From Anaerolineae bacterium (GTDB lineage Bacteria; Chloroflexota; Anaerolineae; UBA1429), in assembly GCA_963675785.1 (NCBI GenBank), contig OY776562.1, positions 1,760,001 to 1,824,000 on the forward strand: 64,000 bases of DNA, given 5' to 3'. The position numbers and the translations under genes are program-made. Shown piece by piece: positions 19,308 to 29,528 of this stretch. Under the pieces are notes generated by a model, which did no database searches, had not been told where the DNA came from, and was given only the letters and a program-made list of their open reading frames with translations. Within the stretch, counting starts at the first letter, position 1. Every line of letters starts with the position of its first letter.

Positions 19308-19369
19308 ACTCTGGCCCCACTGCCTTTACAATGCAGAGGAATATCAATAATCCCAGAGAAGGAGAACTC

Positions 19370-20170
19370 ATGGTTGCTTTTATGCAGCAGTTCAATCCCG
19401 TTGTTCAGGCGCTCTTTGCCACCCTTTTCACCTGGTTCGTCACGGCCCTGGGAGCCCTCCCCGTGTTCTTTACCCGCAAAGTCAATCGCAAGCTCCTCGA
19501 TAGCATGTTGGGGTTGGCCGCTGGTGTCATGATTGCCGCTAGTTTTTGGTCCCTGTTGGCACCGGCGATTGAATTATCCGATGGCTCGTGGATTCCCGCC
19601 GTAATCGGCTTTTTGGCAGGCGGCGTCGTTCTGCGTGGCATCGACGCCCTATTGCCACATGTCCACCCGGCTCTGGCCAACGCTGAACCTGAGGGGCTCA
19701 AAAGCCACTGGCAGCGTAGCGTTTTACTAGTACTGGCCATCACGATCCACAACTTTCCCGAAGGTCTGGCCGTTGGTGTAGCCTTTGGCGCTGCCGCCGC
19801 CGATATCCCCGGCGCGAACATTGGTGCCGCTCTCGCCTTGGCTTTGGGCATCGGTTTGCAGAACTTTCCCGAAGGCTTGGCTGTCGCCATGCCGTTACGC
19901 CGTGAAGGGCTATCCATGGGCAAATCGTTTCTCTATGGCCAATTCTCTGGCATGGTAGAGCCCATTGCCGGTGTACTTGGCGCCTGGGCCGTTCTGTCGA
20001 TGAGCGCCATCCTGCCCTACGCATTGGCCTTTGCCGCTGGTGCCATGATCTTTGTGGTTGTCGAGGAATTGATTCCCGAAGCTGAAAGCGAAGGAAACGG
20101 CCATTTGGCTACGATGGGCGCCATGCTTGGCTTTGCCATCATGATGGCCATGGATGTAGGCCTCGGCTAA
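19370..20170 (+). CDS. ZIP family (GufA/ZupT-like) divalent metal transporter
   Basis: AGGAG RBS and ATG 19370. Motifs HNFPEGLAVG, QNFPEG, AAGAMIFVVVEELIPE. Confidence 0.92.
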   Translation: MVAFMQQFNPVVQALFATLFTWFVTALGALPVFFTRKVNRKLLDSMLGLAAGVMIAASFWSLLAPAIELSDGSWIPAVIGFLAGGVVLRGIDALLPHVHPALANAEPEGLKSHWQRSVLLVLAITIHNFPEGLAVGVAFGAAAADIPGANIGAALALALGIGLQNFPEGLAVAMPLRREGLSMGKSFLYGQFSGMVEPIAGVLGAWAVLSMSAILPYALAFAAGAMIFVVVEELIPEAESEGNGHLATMGAMLGFAIMMAMDVGLG

Positions 20171-20190
20171 CTGCAAGATAAACTGCTACA

Positions 20191-20227
20191 CAAAAAGCCG
20201 CGAATACACACTGTATTCGCGGCTTTG
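20191..20227. terminator. Bidirectional terminator
   Basis: aaagccgcgaataca / tgtattcgcggcttt. Confidence 0.85.
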
Positions 20228-20238
20228 CAGCCTCTTGA

Positions 20239-20718
20239 TCAGAGCTTGGCTATGGGGAAATAGAGCTCTAGCTCGTCCGCACCTTTACCAGGCCCATAAT
20301 ATTCATGAACCGCCCCAACGAGTTCGTATCTCTCTTTGGGCATATACTCATGTAACACAGCATAGAACACCTCTTGATAGGACGTTTGCGTGCAGCCTGC
20401 CACTAGGTATCGATACCCCGGAATATCCCACTTGCTCCAACCAGAAGGTGCCACAGACTCGGCAGCCACCTCGAAACCTGCCAGGTATCTCCCTGCTTCC
20501 GTCCACGGCATAAAACTGCGAGTCATGTCAGTCATGGCTCCCCAAGCTCCCAAGGGATTCCCCTGCATATCACAAAGGAACAAGTCCCCAATATCAGAGA
20601 TTTTTTCACTCAAAGCTTGCCAAAGCGGCGGTACCCATTTCCAACCTTCTGAGGACGGTCCACATCCTTCTTGGCCAACAACCGAAAAAGCTACTCTCTC
20701 TACAAGGCGGATGTCCAT
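20239..20718 (-). CDS. GyrI-like small-molecule-binding domain protein
   Basis: ATG 20718 with GGAG RBS. Motifs F.VVG.E, VPPLW, YLAGFEV, IPG.RY, E.Y...ELYFPI. Confidence 0.8.
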   Translation of the reverse strand: MDIRLVERVAFSVVGQEGCGPSSEGWKWVPPLWQALSEKISDIGDLFLCDMQGNPLGAWGAMTDMTRSFMPWTEAGRYLAGFEVAAESVAPSGWSKWDIPGYRYLVAGCTQTSYQEVFYAVLHEYMPKERYELVGAVHEYYGPGKGADELELYFPIAKL

Positions 20719-20719
20719 C

Positions 20720-22069
20720 TTATTCTCCGTTCCCTTGATTTTCATTGGATGATTGGGCTTGTTCCACATCCATTCCAACAATCTTTTGTGAAAAACGACG
20801 ATAGTTGATCACATATTGTGCCATGGTAAAGCAATTATAGATAATCAGAGCGACAGATGCGCCATAAACCCCAAACAAATACACCAGCAATAGTGTTGCA
20901 ACAATCTCCACAGCTGCCCCAATGAGTGAGACACGCCGCATGATATTGCCAGCGCCGTGAGAGCTGAGGTACTGGTTATAGAGCGCATAGCCCCCTCTAA
21001 AGGCCCGACCTGCTGAGAGAAGAAAGAGCAAGGGGATGGCCTGTCTGAAATCGGCAGGATATGCCAACACAATGAGCAGTGTGCCAGCAAGAGGAACACC
21101 TATCGCTGTAGCCGCACTTACCAGCGCACTTGTCCAACGTTGCTGGGGATGCAACTGATCATGATGAATCATGCCGCGGTAAAGTGTCTGCGCGTAGGAT
21201 GTGCCCACCAACTCGACAGGTGCCGATAGTGCAAGAGCGATATTGTAGTAGGCAATGGTCTCAGCAGAGACGAAATAGCCCAACGCAAGCTGACTGCAAT
21301 CCGCCAATGCCGCGGGAATACGCCCTGTATAGACACGCCAGCCAAAGGCACGAAAATCACCCCAAATACGCTTAGCCTGGTGTCGCAGATTGGTCAGACG
21401 CGGCTTGAGCAGTGCCAACACGCCAATCTGCACTACGGCGATGGTCAAATAACGAACGAGTAGCACCTGGCCTGCCGTTACATCTTGTTGATACGAAAGC
21501 CAAATAACACCGAGCAGATAAAGCAGGCTGGGAAAGAGCATGGCGTACCCCAGCAGACGAATACGCCCCAGACCGCGCAAAAGCCATTCGGTAAGCACGC
21601 TGATGGGGATAATGATAGCAATCGGAGCCAAGAGCCCAAACAATTCGCCTGCATCTACGGCAAAGACTGAATCTACCCAGCCGTGCATAGCCCACAGAAC
21701 GAGACCAAAGAGCACGCCCCACACAGCAAAAAGCAGCACATACGTGCCGACAAGCTCACCCTGTTCTTTGGGAGAATCGGTCTGTGCTGCCAGACGCGGT
21801 GCGCTGTCCATGCCCAGAGTGAATATGATCTGCATATAAGTAATGACATTGAGGGCAAAAGACATACTGCCGTATTCAGATGTCCCTAATATATTGGCAG
21901 TCAGCGGAGAGATGATGATACGTGTCGCCATCGCGGCAATACGACAGCCAAAAAGGATGCTGCTTTTGACTGCCGTCTCACGGCCGGGTCCGGAACGGAG
22001 CCTACCCAGTAGCTTGGTGCTACGTTCTTTTAATTCGGCCCAGCGCATAGGTTGCCTCATAACTGACAT
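20720..22069 (-). CDS. Oligosaccharide flippase (Wzx-like)
   Basis: About 12 TM segments, ILGTSEYG motif, FGVYGASVA; lies next to wecBC. Confidence 0.8.
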   Translation of the reverse strand: MSVMRQPMRWAELKERSTKLLGRLRSGPGRETAVKSSILFGCRIAAMATRIIISPLTANILGTSEYGSMSFALNVITYMQIIFTLGMDSAPRLAAQTDSPKEQGELVGTYVLLFAVWGVLFGLVLWAMHGWVDSVFAVDAGELFGLLAPIAIIIPISVLTEWLLRGLGRIRLLGYAMLFPSLLYLLGVIWLSYQQDVTAGQVLLVRYLTIAVVQIGVLALLKPRLTNLRHQAKRIWGDFRAFGWRVYTGRIPAALADCSQLALGYFVSAETIAYYNIALALSAPVELVGTSYAQTLYRGMIHHDQLHPQQRWTSALVSAATAIGVPLAGTLLIVLAYPADFRQAIPLLFLLSAGRAFRGGYALYNQYLSSHGAGNIMRRVSLIGAAVEIVATLLLVYLFGVYGASVALIIYNCFTMAQYVINYRRFSQKIVGMDVEQAQSSNENQGNGE

Positions 22070-22086
22070 TCAATATGTCACATCAT

Positions 22087-23223
22087 TCACATATCGGAGT
22101 TTGAATCCAAATCCTTGGCACCCCAAGCAGCAAGACAATTGACAATTCGCTCTGCCGCTCGGCCATCACCATAGGGATTGACCGCCTGCGCCATAGCTTT
22201 GTAAGCATTAGCATCGTCTAGTAAGCGGGCCGCTTCTGCCAGGATCCGCTCTTTAGACGTGCCTACCAAGCGTACCACCCCAGCACGAACACCTTCGGGC
22301 CGTTCGGTCTTTTCACGTAGAACAAGTACGGGCACACCCAAACCAGGGGCCTCTTCCTGCATGCCGCCTGAATCCGTAATCACCAGATAAGAACGCCTCA
22401 TGAGCTGAATGTTAGCTTGATAATCGAGCGGCTCCAAGAGCGTAATACCTTTCTGCCCCGAAAGCATTGGGTAGACCGTATCACACACAGCCGGTGAAGG
22501 GTGTACCGGATAGACGATATGCACATCAGGATAGCGCCGCACCAGTTCGAGCACAGCCTGACACACAGCCTCACGCGGCGTGCCGTGATTCTCCCGACGG
22601 TGCGATGTCAAGGCAATAATGCGGTGTCCTTCAAAAGGGATGCCAGCAAGAGGCCCAGAGGACATATCATAGGGCATTAGCGCAACTCTTTGTAGTGCAT
22701 CAATGACAGTGTTACCCGTAACAATGATTTGCTCGAGTGAAATCTTTTCTGCGAGCAGGTTATCGGCAGCCAACTGCGTCGGCGCAAAGTGCAAGTCAGC
22801 TATCACGCCAGCAATGCGGCGATTGATCTCTTCGGGAAAAGGCTGACGCTTATCTCGGGTGCGCAAGCCAGCCTCTACATGCCCCACACGAATGCCCAAA
22901 TAAAAAGCCGCCAATGCAGTCGCCATTACGGTTGTTGTATCGCCCTGCACCAATACCCAGTCTGGCTGTTCTTGCTCTAGCACTGGTGTAATATCCGTCA
23001 ATACAGACGCCGTGATGCCTGCCAGTGTCTGCCGGGGGCGCATCAAATCGAGGTCATAGTCCGGCTTGATGCCAAACAAGTCGGTTACCTGATCCAACAT
23101 CTCACGATGTTGTGCGGTCACGCAAACACGCGAGACAATGCCAGGTTTTTCAGCCAGTGCCAACACCACAGGCGCCATTTTGATGGCTTCAGGGCGTGTT
23201 CCAAACACAGATAGCACCTTCAT
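22087..23223 (-). CDS. wecB: UDP-N-acetylglucosamine 2-epimerase (non-hydrolysing)
   Basis: Motifs VFGTRPEAIKMAP, QGDTTT, HVEAGLR, PFPEEINR, TDSGGMQEEAP, NPYGDG. Confidence 0.95.
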   Translation of the reverse strand: MKVLSVFGTRPEAIKMAPVVLALAEKPGIVSRVCVTAQHREMLDQVTDLFGIKPDYDLDLMRPRQTLAGITASVLTDITPVLEQEQPDWVLVQGDTTTVMATALAAFYLGIRVGHVEAGLRTRDKRQPFPEEINRRIAGVIADLHFAPTQLAADNLLAEKISLEQIIVTGNTVIDALQRVALMPYDMSSGPLAGIPFEGHRIIALTSHRRENHGTPREAVCQAVLELVRRYPDVHIVYPVHPSPAVCDTVYPMLSGQKGITLLEPLDYQANIQLMRRSYLVITDSGGMQEEAPGLGVPVLVLREKTERPEGVRAGVVRLVGTSKERILAEAARLLDDANAYKAMAQAVNPYGDGRAAERIVNCLAAWGAKDLDSNSDM

Positions 23224-24488
23224 GATATCCGCCCTTTGCCATCTCCAAGCAACAGGACCTTGTACCCAGATGCTTCCCACAACGCAACATCCAAAACGTG
23301 GCAAGTGTCGAGTAACAGCGTTCCTGAACGAATTGGCCCAGGCTGGGCGGCGACGAACTCATCATGAGGGACCAATAGAACGACGGCATCGGCACTATCC
23401 AGCGCAGCATCGAGTGAATCGTCCAGTGCGACGGGCAAGCGATCCGCGCTTACATACGGATCATAGGCGCGCACAATAGCGCCCCGCGCTTGCAATTCGG
23501 AGACCACTTCAAGTGAGGGGGCCTCGCGAATATCATCCACATTGGCCTTGTAGGTCATTCCTAGGCAGGTAATCGTCTTGCCTTCAAGATCACCCAGTTG
23601 CCGTTCCAATAGCTCAACCACAAATCCCGGCTGGGAATCGTTCACCTCGCGGGCCTGACGAATGAGTCGCGCAGTTTCAGGCGCCGCCTCGACAAGAAAC
23701 CAAGGATCGACACTGATACAATGGCCGCCCACACCTGGCCCAGGGCGCAAAATCTGCACACGCGGGTGTAGATTAGCCACCTCGATTGCCTCCCACACAT
23801 TCACGCCAAACTGTTGGGCAAGGCGTGAAAACTCGTTGGCAATGGCGATGTTCACATCACGATAGGTGTTCTCCATAAGCTTGACCATCTCAGCGCAAGT
23901 GGCGTCCGTAGTGACAATCTCTCCCTTTACAAATGAGCGGTAAAACTCCTTGCCAGCTAGAGCCGAAGCCTCGTCGACTCCACCCACTACCCGAGCATTG
24001 TTGACCATCTCAGTTAGGATACGACCTGGTAAAACGCGCTCGGGCGCATAGGCTAACAGCAAATCTCGCCCCACCTTGAGGCCACTCTGCTCCAAAATGG
24101 GTTTCACGACATCGGTCGTCGTGCGTGGCGGAGATGTTGATTCGAGTACAACCAGATTACCCTCCGCTAAATAAGGGATGATCATCTCGGTTGCACTGCA
24201 CACATGCCGTAAATCGGCCTTGTTATCCTCCATGATAGGAGTAGGCACCGCCAGGACAAAAGCATCTGCCGCATGTGGTGTTGTATCGACTGAAAGTGAA
24301 CCATCGGCGATAACTTTTTTGACGACGTCGGATAGATCAGGTTCATGGATATACGGCTTGCCAGCACGCAACGTCTCAACGACGCCCTCCTCGACATCTA
24401 CCCCGTATACACGCAACCCATGTGAAGCAAACAGGGCCGCGGTCGGCAATCCAATATAACCCAGGCCCATTACACAGACTGCATCCAT
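23220..24488 (-). CDS. wecC: UDP-N-acetyl-D-mannosamine dehydrogenase
   Basis: Motifs GLGYIGLPTA, AVPTP, PERVLPG, KLMENTYRDVNIA, GVGGHCISVDP. Alternative GTG start at 24494. Confidence 0.9.
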   Translation of the reverse strand: MDAVCVMGLGYIGLPTAALFASHGLRVYGVDVEEGVVETLRAGKPYIHEPDLSDVVKKVIADGSLSVDTTPHAADAFVLAVPTPIMEDNKADLRHVCSATEMIIPYLAEGNLVVLESTSPPRTTTDVVKPILEQSGLKVGRDLLLAYAPERVLPGRILTEMVNNARVVGGVDEASALAGKEFYRSFVKGEIVTTDATCAEMVKLMENTYRDVNIAIANEFSRLAQQFGVNVWEAIEVANLHPRVQILRPGPGVGGHCISVDPWFLVEAAPETARLIRQAREVNDSQPGFVVELLERQLGDLEGKTITCLGMTYKANVDDIREAPSLEVVSELQARGAIVRAYDPYVSADRLPVALDDSLDAALDSADAVVLLVPHDEFVAAQPGPIRSGTLLLDTCHVLDVALWEASGYKVLLLGDGKGRIS

Positions 24489-24533
24489 CAACACTGCCTT
24501 TCAGACAGAAAACAACACTGCATATTTGCATGG

Positions 24534-25904
24534 TTACTTCAAAGGGGTTCTCTCGACTATGCCTTCCAACAAAAGATGAAGACGCTGCATCAAGGCACCG
24601 AACTCGTACGCTGAAATGACCTGATCCTGAGGAGCATAGTGGAATCCACCCGAAATAGCCCGTTCCAGTGCCTTGCTCATGCCATCGAGATCGGCGTGGC
24701 CATATACCTCGCCAATACCCGAATCTTTTATATAACGTGCCGTAGGACCTTGCTCAGCGACACAGAAAACCGGTCGACCGATTACAGTATAGTCAAACGC
24801 CTTAGCGGCCAACCCATAGACCCAAGCGGTTTCCGCCGGAACACGTCCCACAACGAGCAAAAGCAAGTCAGCCGAAGCCTGCCAGATCAAACTCTCGGCA
24901 CGAGAGACAAAACCATGTAGTCTAACTACATCCTGCAAACTATACTCTGCCAACTGCTGTTCAATGGTCGAGCCATCATCAAACGGATAGCAAAGGCCAA
25001 CGATATCGAGGCACAGTTTGCCGCGCTGTGCCGGATATTGCTCCAGAAAAGCAGCCAGAGCCTGAAAAAAAGCTCGCGGTGTGCGGCGATCGCTTAGCTT
25101 GCCCGTATAAACAATGTGGAAAACGCCGTCGGCAGGTCGCCTATCAGCAGAGCCTTGCGCCGTCTCCAGTTCGCCGCGTACATAACCATTGGGGATAGTT
25201 ACAAAACGATTCGCGTGCAGCTTGCCATAGCGCTGCTGGAAATCTGCGGTCAATCCCTCAGTCATCGAAATGACATACTGTGACCGTTTGACTACCGAAC
25301 GCTCCATCGCACGTTCGTGAGCACTGCGGGGCCAATAATTGATACCTTTGAGACGATTGCGCACCGGCTCGACAGTCCAGGCATCGCGGAATTCTGTCAC
25401 CAGGGGAATGCCGGTCAGCCAGCTCAACGTCCTGCCGACCAGCAAGTTTGACTGTGCCGGCGATGTAGCCAGAATCACATCGGGTCTGCGCGTATGAATC
25501 TCACGCAGACCAGCCCAAAAAGCCAACGGCCGCCAGGTCATGGCCGGATCGGGAATATTGAGTGCAATCCACAACGTTCGCGCCCAGCCAGCAAGGCGTT
25601 TTTTCAAGCCGCCCTGCTTTAGAGGGGTTGATGGCTCAGTCTTTTTCTGGGCAGCTTGACCGCGTCTACGCCAATTGTCCAGATTCCAGGGACGCAGGAT
25701 ACGCACAGAGGATGGAATCGAGTCAAGAAGAACCGGATCCCAGGCGGCGTGCCGTCCCTCATCCCAGCGTGCAGACAGTACGGTGACCTCCCACCCAAAC
25801 TCTGCAAGTCGACTCACTACCTGTGTTACCCGCCTGCACCCACCACTACCTAATGGCGCAAAATCATAGCTGATGAGTAATAAACGACCGGGCATCAAGT
25901 ACAC
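24534..25904 (-). CDS. Glycosyltransferase family 4-like (GT-B)
   Basis: ISYDFAP..SGG..R N-terminus, EFRDAW, IPNGY, IVYTG, KAFDY...GRPV. Confidence 0.8.
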   Translation of the reverse strand: MYLMPGRLLLISYDFAPLGSGGCRRVTQVVSRLAEFGWEVTVLSARWDEGRHAAWDPVLLDSIPSSVRILRPWNLDNWRRRGQAAQKKTEPSTPLKQGGLKKRLAGWARTLWIALNIPDPAMTWRPLAFWAGLREIHTRRPDVILATSPAQSNLLVGRTLSWLTGIPLVTEFRDAWTVEPVRNRLKGINYWPRSAHERAMERSVVKRSQYVISMTEGLTADFQQRYGKLHANRFVTIPNGYVRGELETAQGSADRRPADGVFHIVYTGKLSDRRTPRAFFQALAAFLEQYPAQRGKLCLDIVGLCYPFDDGSTIEQQLAEYSLQDVVRLHGFVSRAESLIWQASADLLLLVVGRVPAETAWVYGLAAKAFDYTVIGRPVFCVAEQGPTARYIKDSGIGEVYGHADLDGMSKALERAISGGFHYAPQDQVISAYEFGALMQRLHLLLEGIVERTPLK

Positions 25905-26071
25905 TCATTCTCAAGGTACAAAGTTCCCTCCCATTTACAAAGTGGTACTGGTCGCCCTAGAACCAATGCTTCTGTCAATACTGCTCCAAAGAGCAGTATG
26001 ACTCATTGCAGATAAATCGGGTGTAACGACAAAAATGTGCACAGTTCCATCTAAAACGACCAAACCTAGTG

Positions 26072-26284
26072 CTACAAGACCAACGCCAATCCAGCCCCGA
26101 TGGGCAAAATCACATAGCTAACGATATGCCAAATTGTACCAAGGGTCTTGCCCATCCGCTCGATATAGCGATAGCGCCGTGAGAACGCTCGACTCATATC
26201 ACGTCCAGTTGTCCATTCTATCAGATATAGTATGCCGGCCATAACCCCAAAAGTAATAAATATCCAGCCAAAGATAGATTCCAC
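26072..26284 (-). CDS. Small hypothetical membrane protein (70 aa, 2 TM)
   Basis: Strong GGGAGG RBS before the GTG start. Two hydrophobic helices flank a basic loop. Confidence 0.6.
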   Translation of the reverse strand: MESIFGWIFITFGVMAGILYLIEWTTGRDMSRAFSRRYRYIERMGKTLGTIWHIVSYVILPIGAGLALVL

Positions 26285-26647
26285 AGCTTTCCTCCCATGT
26301 TAACCCTACAAAATTCAGTTGCATAAAAAAAGGAAATAATATAAAGAAAATTTATTTAATAAAATAGAAAAATGGAATTGTATAGCAAGCATGTAGCCCG
26401 AACAGTCTACAATGGTGGGTAAGAGAGGTCAAACGTTTTTTAGGGAATAAAATTGAGCGAGTAACAAGGCAAAGGACATGCACATACTCCTCAAAATACT
26501 CTCTCGCCGAGACACGCCCCTACACTCGGATCTGTGACCACTTGCACAAACACTGCAGCAATGATTTTTCAACACCCTGTGTTCATCGTGCTCACGGATA
26601 GGATAACTAGTAAGGGAATCTGGGATTGCACAACAAGAAATCGATCT

Positions 26648-26686
26648 TTGACAGCAGACTGAATACAATATATATAAGTATGCTTA
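26648..26686 (+). promoter_or_regulatory. Promoter and probable MarR operator
   Basis: TTGACA-17-TATATA, overlapped by the palindrome TAAGTATGCTTA (26675-26686). Confidence 0.55.
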
Positions 26687-26699
26687 ACTAATTAGGAGC

Positions 26700-27179
26700 A
26701 TGCCATCGATGGATTCATCACAAGCATTTCTGAGTGCTTTGCACAAGTGGATGAAGGTCTACACCCACCGCTCGATAAGCTATTTTAGCGTTTTCGCAAA
26801 AGAACACGGTCTCTCTCTTTCACAACTTGGTGCGCTTTTTCAAATTCAACACAAAGGTTGTTTTTCCGTCTCGAATCTGGGCGAGGTACTGGATATCACT
26901 CCTGCTGCTGCTAGCCAGATGCTCGACCGGTTGGCCCACCAAGGATTAATCGTTCGCTCTGAAGACCCACACGATCGACGGGTCAAACAGGCTTCACTCA
27001 CTGCGCTGGGAGAAAGTACACTCGCCGAGAGTTTCCTCATCCACAAAAACTGGCTCAATGCTCTGGCAACCTCGCTGAGCAGTGAGGAACAACTTCAAAT
27101 CATTACAGCCTTTGATCTGCTAAGTGAGAAGACGGAACATCTTGCCGATCCGCAACACGATGTGGAATCTCTATCCTGA
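26700..27179 (+). CDS. MarR family transcriptional regulator
   Basis: LSLSQ..L, wHTH AASQMLDRL...GLI.R..DPHDRR....LT..G. Confidence 0.92.
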   Translation: MPSMDSSQAFLSALHKWMKVYTHRSISYFSVFAKEHGLSLSQLGALFQIQHKGCFSVSNLGEVLDITPAAASQMLDRLAHQGLIVRSEDPHDRRVKQASLTALGESTLAESFLIHKNWLNALATSLSSEEQLQIITAFDLLSEKTEHLADPQHDVESLS

Positions 27180-27290
27180 TTGTAAGCAATTGTTTGTATA
27201 TCTCTTGATCATCACCTGGCCTATACGCACTTGGCCTATCAAAAATCCTTAGCATCATCCCTTTGACCGCCTGTTTGGAGGAATATCTCT

Positions 27291-29528
27291 ATGACGCGTC
27301 TAGTCAAGTACCTAAAACCTTTCTTGGGTTTTGTGCTTATTTCTTTTCTTTTGTTGCTTGTGCAAGCCAACAGCGATCTGGCCCTGCCAGACTATATGTC
27401 TCGAATCGTCAACGTAGGCATTCAGCAGGGAGGAATCGAAAACGCGGTTCCTGTGGCCATTCGCCAGAGTGAAATGGACAAACTATTACTCTTTATGAGT
27501 ACAGACGAACGCACAGGTGTGTTGAGTGATTATACGCTGGTGAACGAGGATTCAGTTGATTATGATGCTTATGTCCAGGACTACCCTGCCCTGGCTGACC
27601 AGGCCATCTATGTCCTCACCAACTTGGACAGTGTCGAGATCGATAGGATTAATCCCATCATGGGGCGAGCGCTTCTCGTCGTATCGACCATCGAAGAAGC
27701 GGTCGCGGATCCAGCTCAAGCCGCGGCGCTCGCTGAGACCTTTCACATAGACATCTCAATGCTCCCAGCCGGCAGCGATCCTTTTGCGCTTTTGGCCCAG
27801 CTTTCGCCCGATCAGCTTTCCCAGCTCATAACAGCGACGGATGAACAATTTACCGCCCTAGGAGAAAGCACGATCATTCAGCAGGCAGCTATCGTCATCA
27901 AAGCCGAGTATACAGCCCTGGGGATGGATACGACTGCTCTGCAGAATCGCTACATCCTAAGTACCGGTGGAATCATGCTCCTGCTCTCGTTGCTTTCAGC
28001 CATCTGTGCCATATCTGTGGGCTATCTGGCTGCTAGAACAGCCGCCGGCGTCGGACGTGACCTGCGCAAAAACATTTTCCGCAAGGTGCAAAACTTTTCT
28101 AGCACAGAGTTTGGTACTTTTTCTACAGCCTCACTGATCACTCGTTCCACAAACGATGTCACCCAGATCCAGATGCTGGTCGTGATGATGATCCGTATGG
28201 TCTTTTACGCGCCCATCATTGGTGTGGGTGGAGTCATCCGCGCACTGAGCAAGGACGCCTCTATGTGGTGGATTCTCGTTCTCGTCGTCGGAGTACTCCT
28301 TGTGCTGATCGGTGTGATCTATCTGGTAGCAGTACCTCGTTTCAAGACCATCCAGAAACTCGTCGACCGTCTCAACCTGGTGACCCGTGAGAACCTCAGC
28401 GGCATGATGGTCATCCGCGCCTTTGATCGGCAGGAACACGAGCAAAACCGCTTTGATATAGCCAACCGTGACCTCACCGAGACAACCCTGTTCATCAACC
28501 GCGTGATGATGGTGCTGATGCCGGTCATGATGCTGTTGATGAACGGCATGAGTGTCCTCATCATCTGGACCGGCGCACATCAAATCGCTCAAGCAAGTAT
28601 GCAGGTTGGCGATATGATCGCCTTTATGCAGTATGCCATGCAGATCGTCTTTGCCTTCCTCATGCTCTCCATGATGTTCATCATTCTACCGAGAGCCGAA
28701 GTCTCCGCCGACCGCATTGCCGACGTGCTGGAAACCAAGCCTGTGATCGTCGACCCTGCCGAACCCAAGCATTTTCAGGAGCCCTTTGATGGCACCGTCG
28801 AGTTCCGCCAAGTGTGCTTCCGCTATCCGGGAGCAGAAGAAGATGTTCTCCACGAGATCACCTTCACGACACGTCCAGGGCAAACGACGGCCATTGTCGG
28901 CACCACTGGTTCAGGCAAATCCACTGTGGTCAGCATGATCCCGCGCTTCTTTGATACAACAGTCGGCGCCATTTTGGTCGATGGCGTCAATATCCGCGAG
29001 ATCCCTCAACACGATCTTCGCGAACGCATCGGCTATGTCTCCCAAAAGAACGTCCTCTTCTCAGGGACCGTTGCTAGCAATCTACGCTACGCCAATGAGA
29101 ACGCGACGAATGAAGAGCTAATTCGCGCCTCGAAAATCGCCCAGGCCGATTTCGTGCTCGATATGCCGGATGGACTCGATACCGAGATCTCTGAATCTGG
29201 CACTAACCTATCCGGCGGACAAAAACAGCGTCTAGCCATTGCCCGTGCCTTGGTCAAAAAAGCGCCCATCTATGTCTTTGACGATTGCTTTTCCGCTTTG
29301 GACTTTAAAACGGAGTCTGCCCTTCGTCGCGCTCTGCGCGAGAACTTGACCGACAGCAATATCATCATGGTCACTCAACGCGTTGCAAGCGTCAAAGATG
29401 CAGATCAGATCATTGTGCTGGATGAAGGCAGAGTGGTAGGCCTGGGGACACATGCAGAATTGATGGACACCTCCAAGACCTACCAAGAAATCGCAACATC
29501 GCAGCTTAGTTTGAAGGAACTACTATGA
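27291..29528 (+). CDS. ABC exporter half-transporter (TM287-like subunit) with an enlarged extracellular loop
   Basis: TMD plus NBD: GTTGSGKST, LSGGQ, degenerate Walker B VFDD and switch TQR. Confidence 0.92.
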   Translation: MTRLVKYLKPFLGFVLISFLLLLVQANSDLALPDYMSRIVNVGIQQGGIENAVPVAIRQSEMDKLLLFMSTDERTGVLSDYTLVNEDSVDYDAYVQDYPALADQAIYVLTNLDSVEIDRINPIMGRALLVVSTIEEAVADPAQAAALAETFHIDISMLPAGSDPFALLAQLSPDQLSQLITATDEQFTALGESTIIQQAAIVIKAEYTALGMDTTALQNRYILSTGGIMLLLSLLSAICAISVGYLAARTAAGVGRDLRKNIFRKVQNFSSTEFGTFSTASLITRSTNDVTQIQMLVVMMIRMVFYAPIIGVGGVIRALSKDASMWWILVLVVGVLLVLIGVIYLVAVPRFKTIQKLVDRLNLVTRENLSGMMVIRAFDRQEHEQNRFDIANRDLTETTLFINRVMMVLMPVMMLLMNGMSVLIIWTGAHQIAQASMQVGDMIAFMQYAMQIVFAFLMLSMMFIILPRAEVSADRIADVLETKPVIVDPAEPKHFQEPFDGTVEFRQVCFRYPGAEEDVLHEITFTTRPGQTTAIVGTTGSGKSTVVSMIPRFFDTTVGAILVDGVNIREIPQHDLRERIGYVSQKNVLFSGTVASNLRYANENATNEELIRASKIAQADFVLDMPDGLDTEISESGTNLSGGQKQRLAIARALVKKAPIYVFDDCFSALDFKTESALRRALRENLTDSNIIMVTQRVASVKDADQIIVLDEGRVVGLGTHAELMDTSKTYQEIATSQLSLKELL

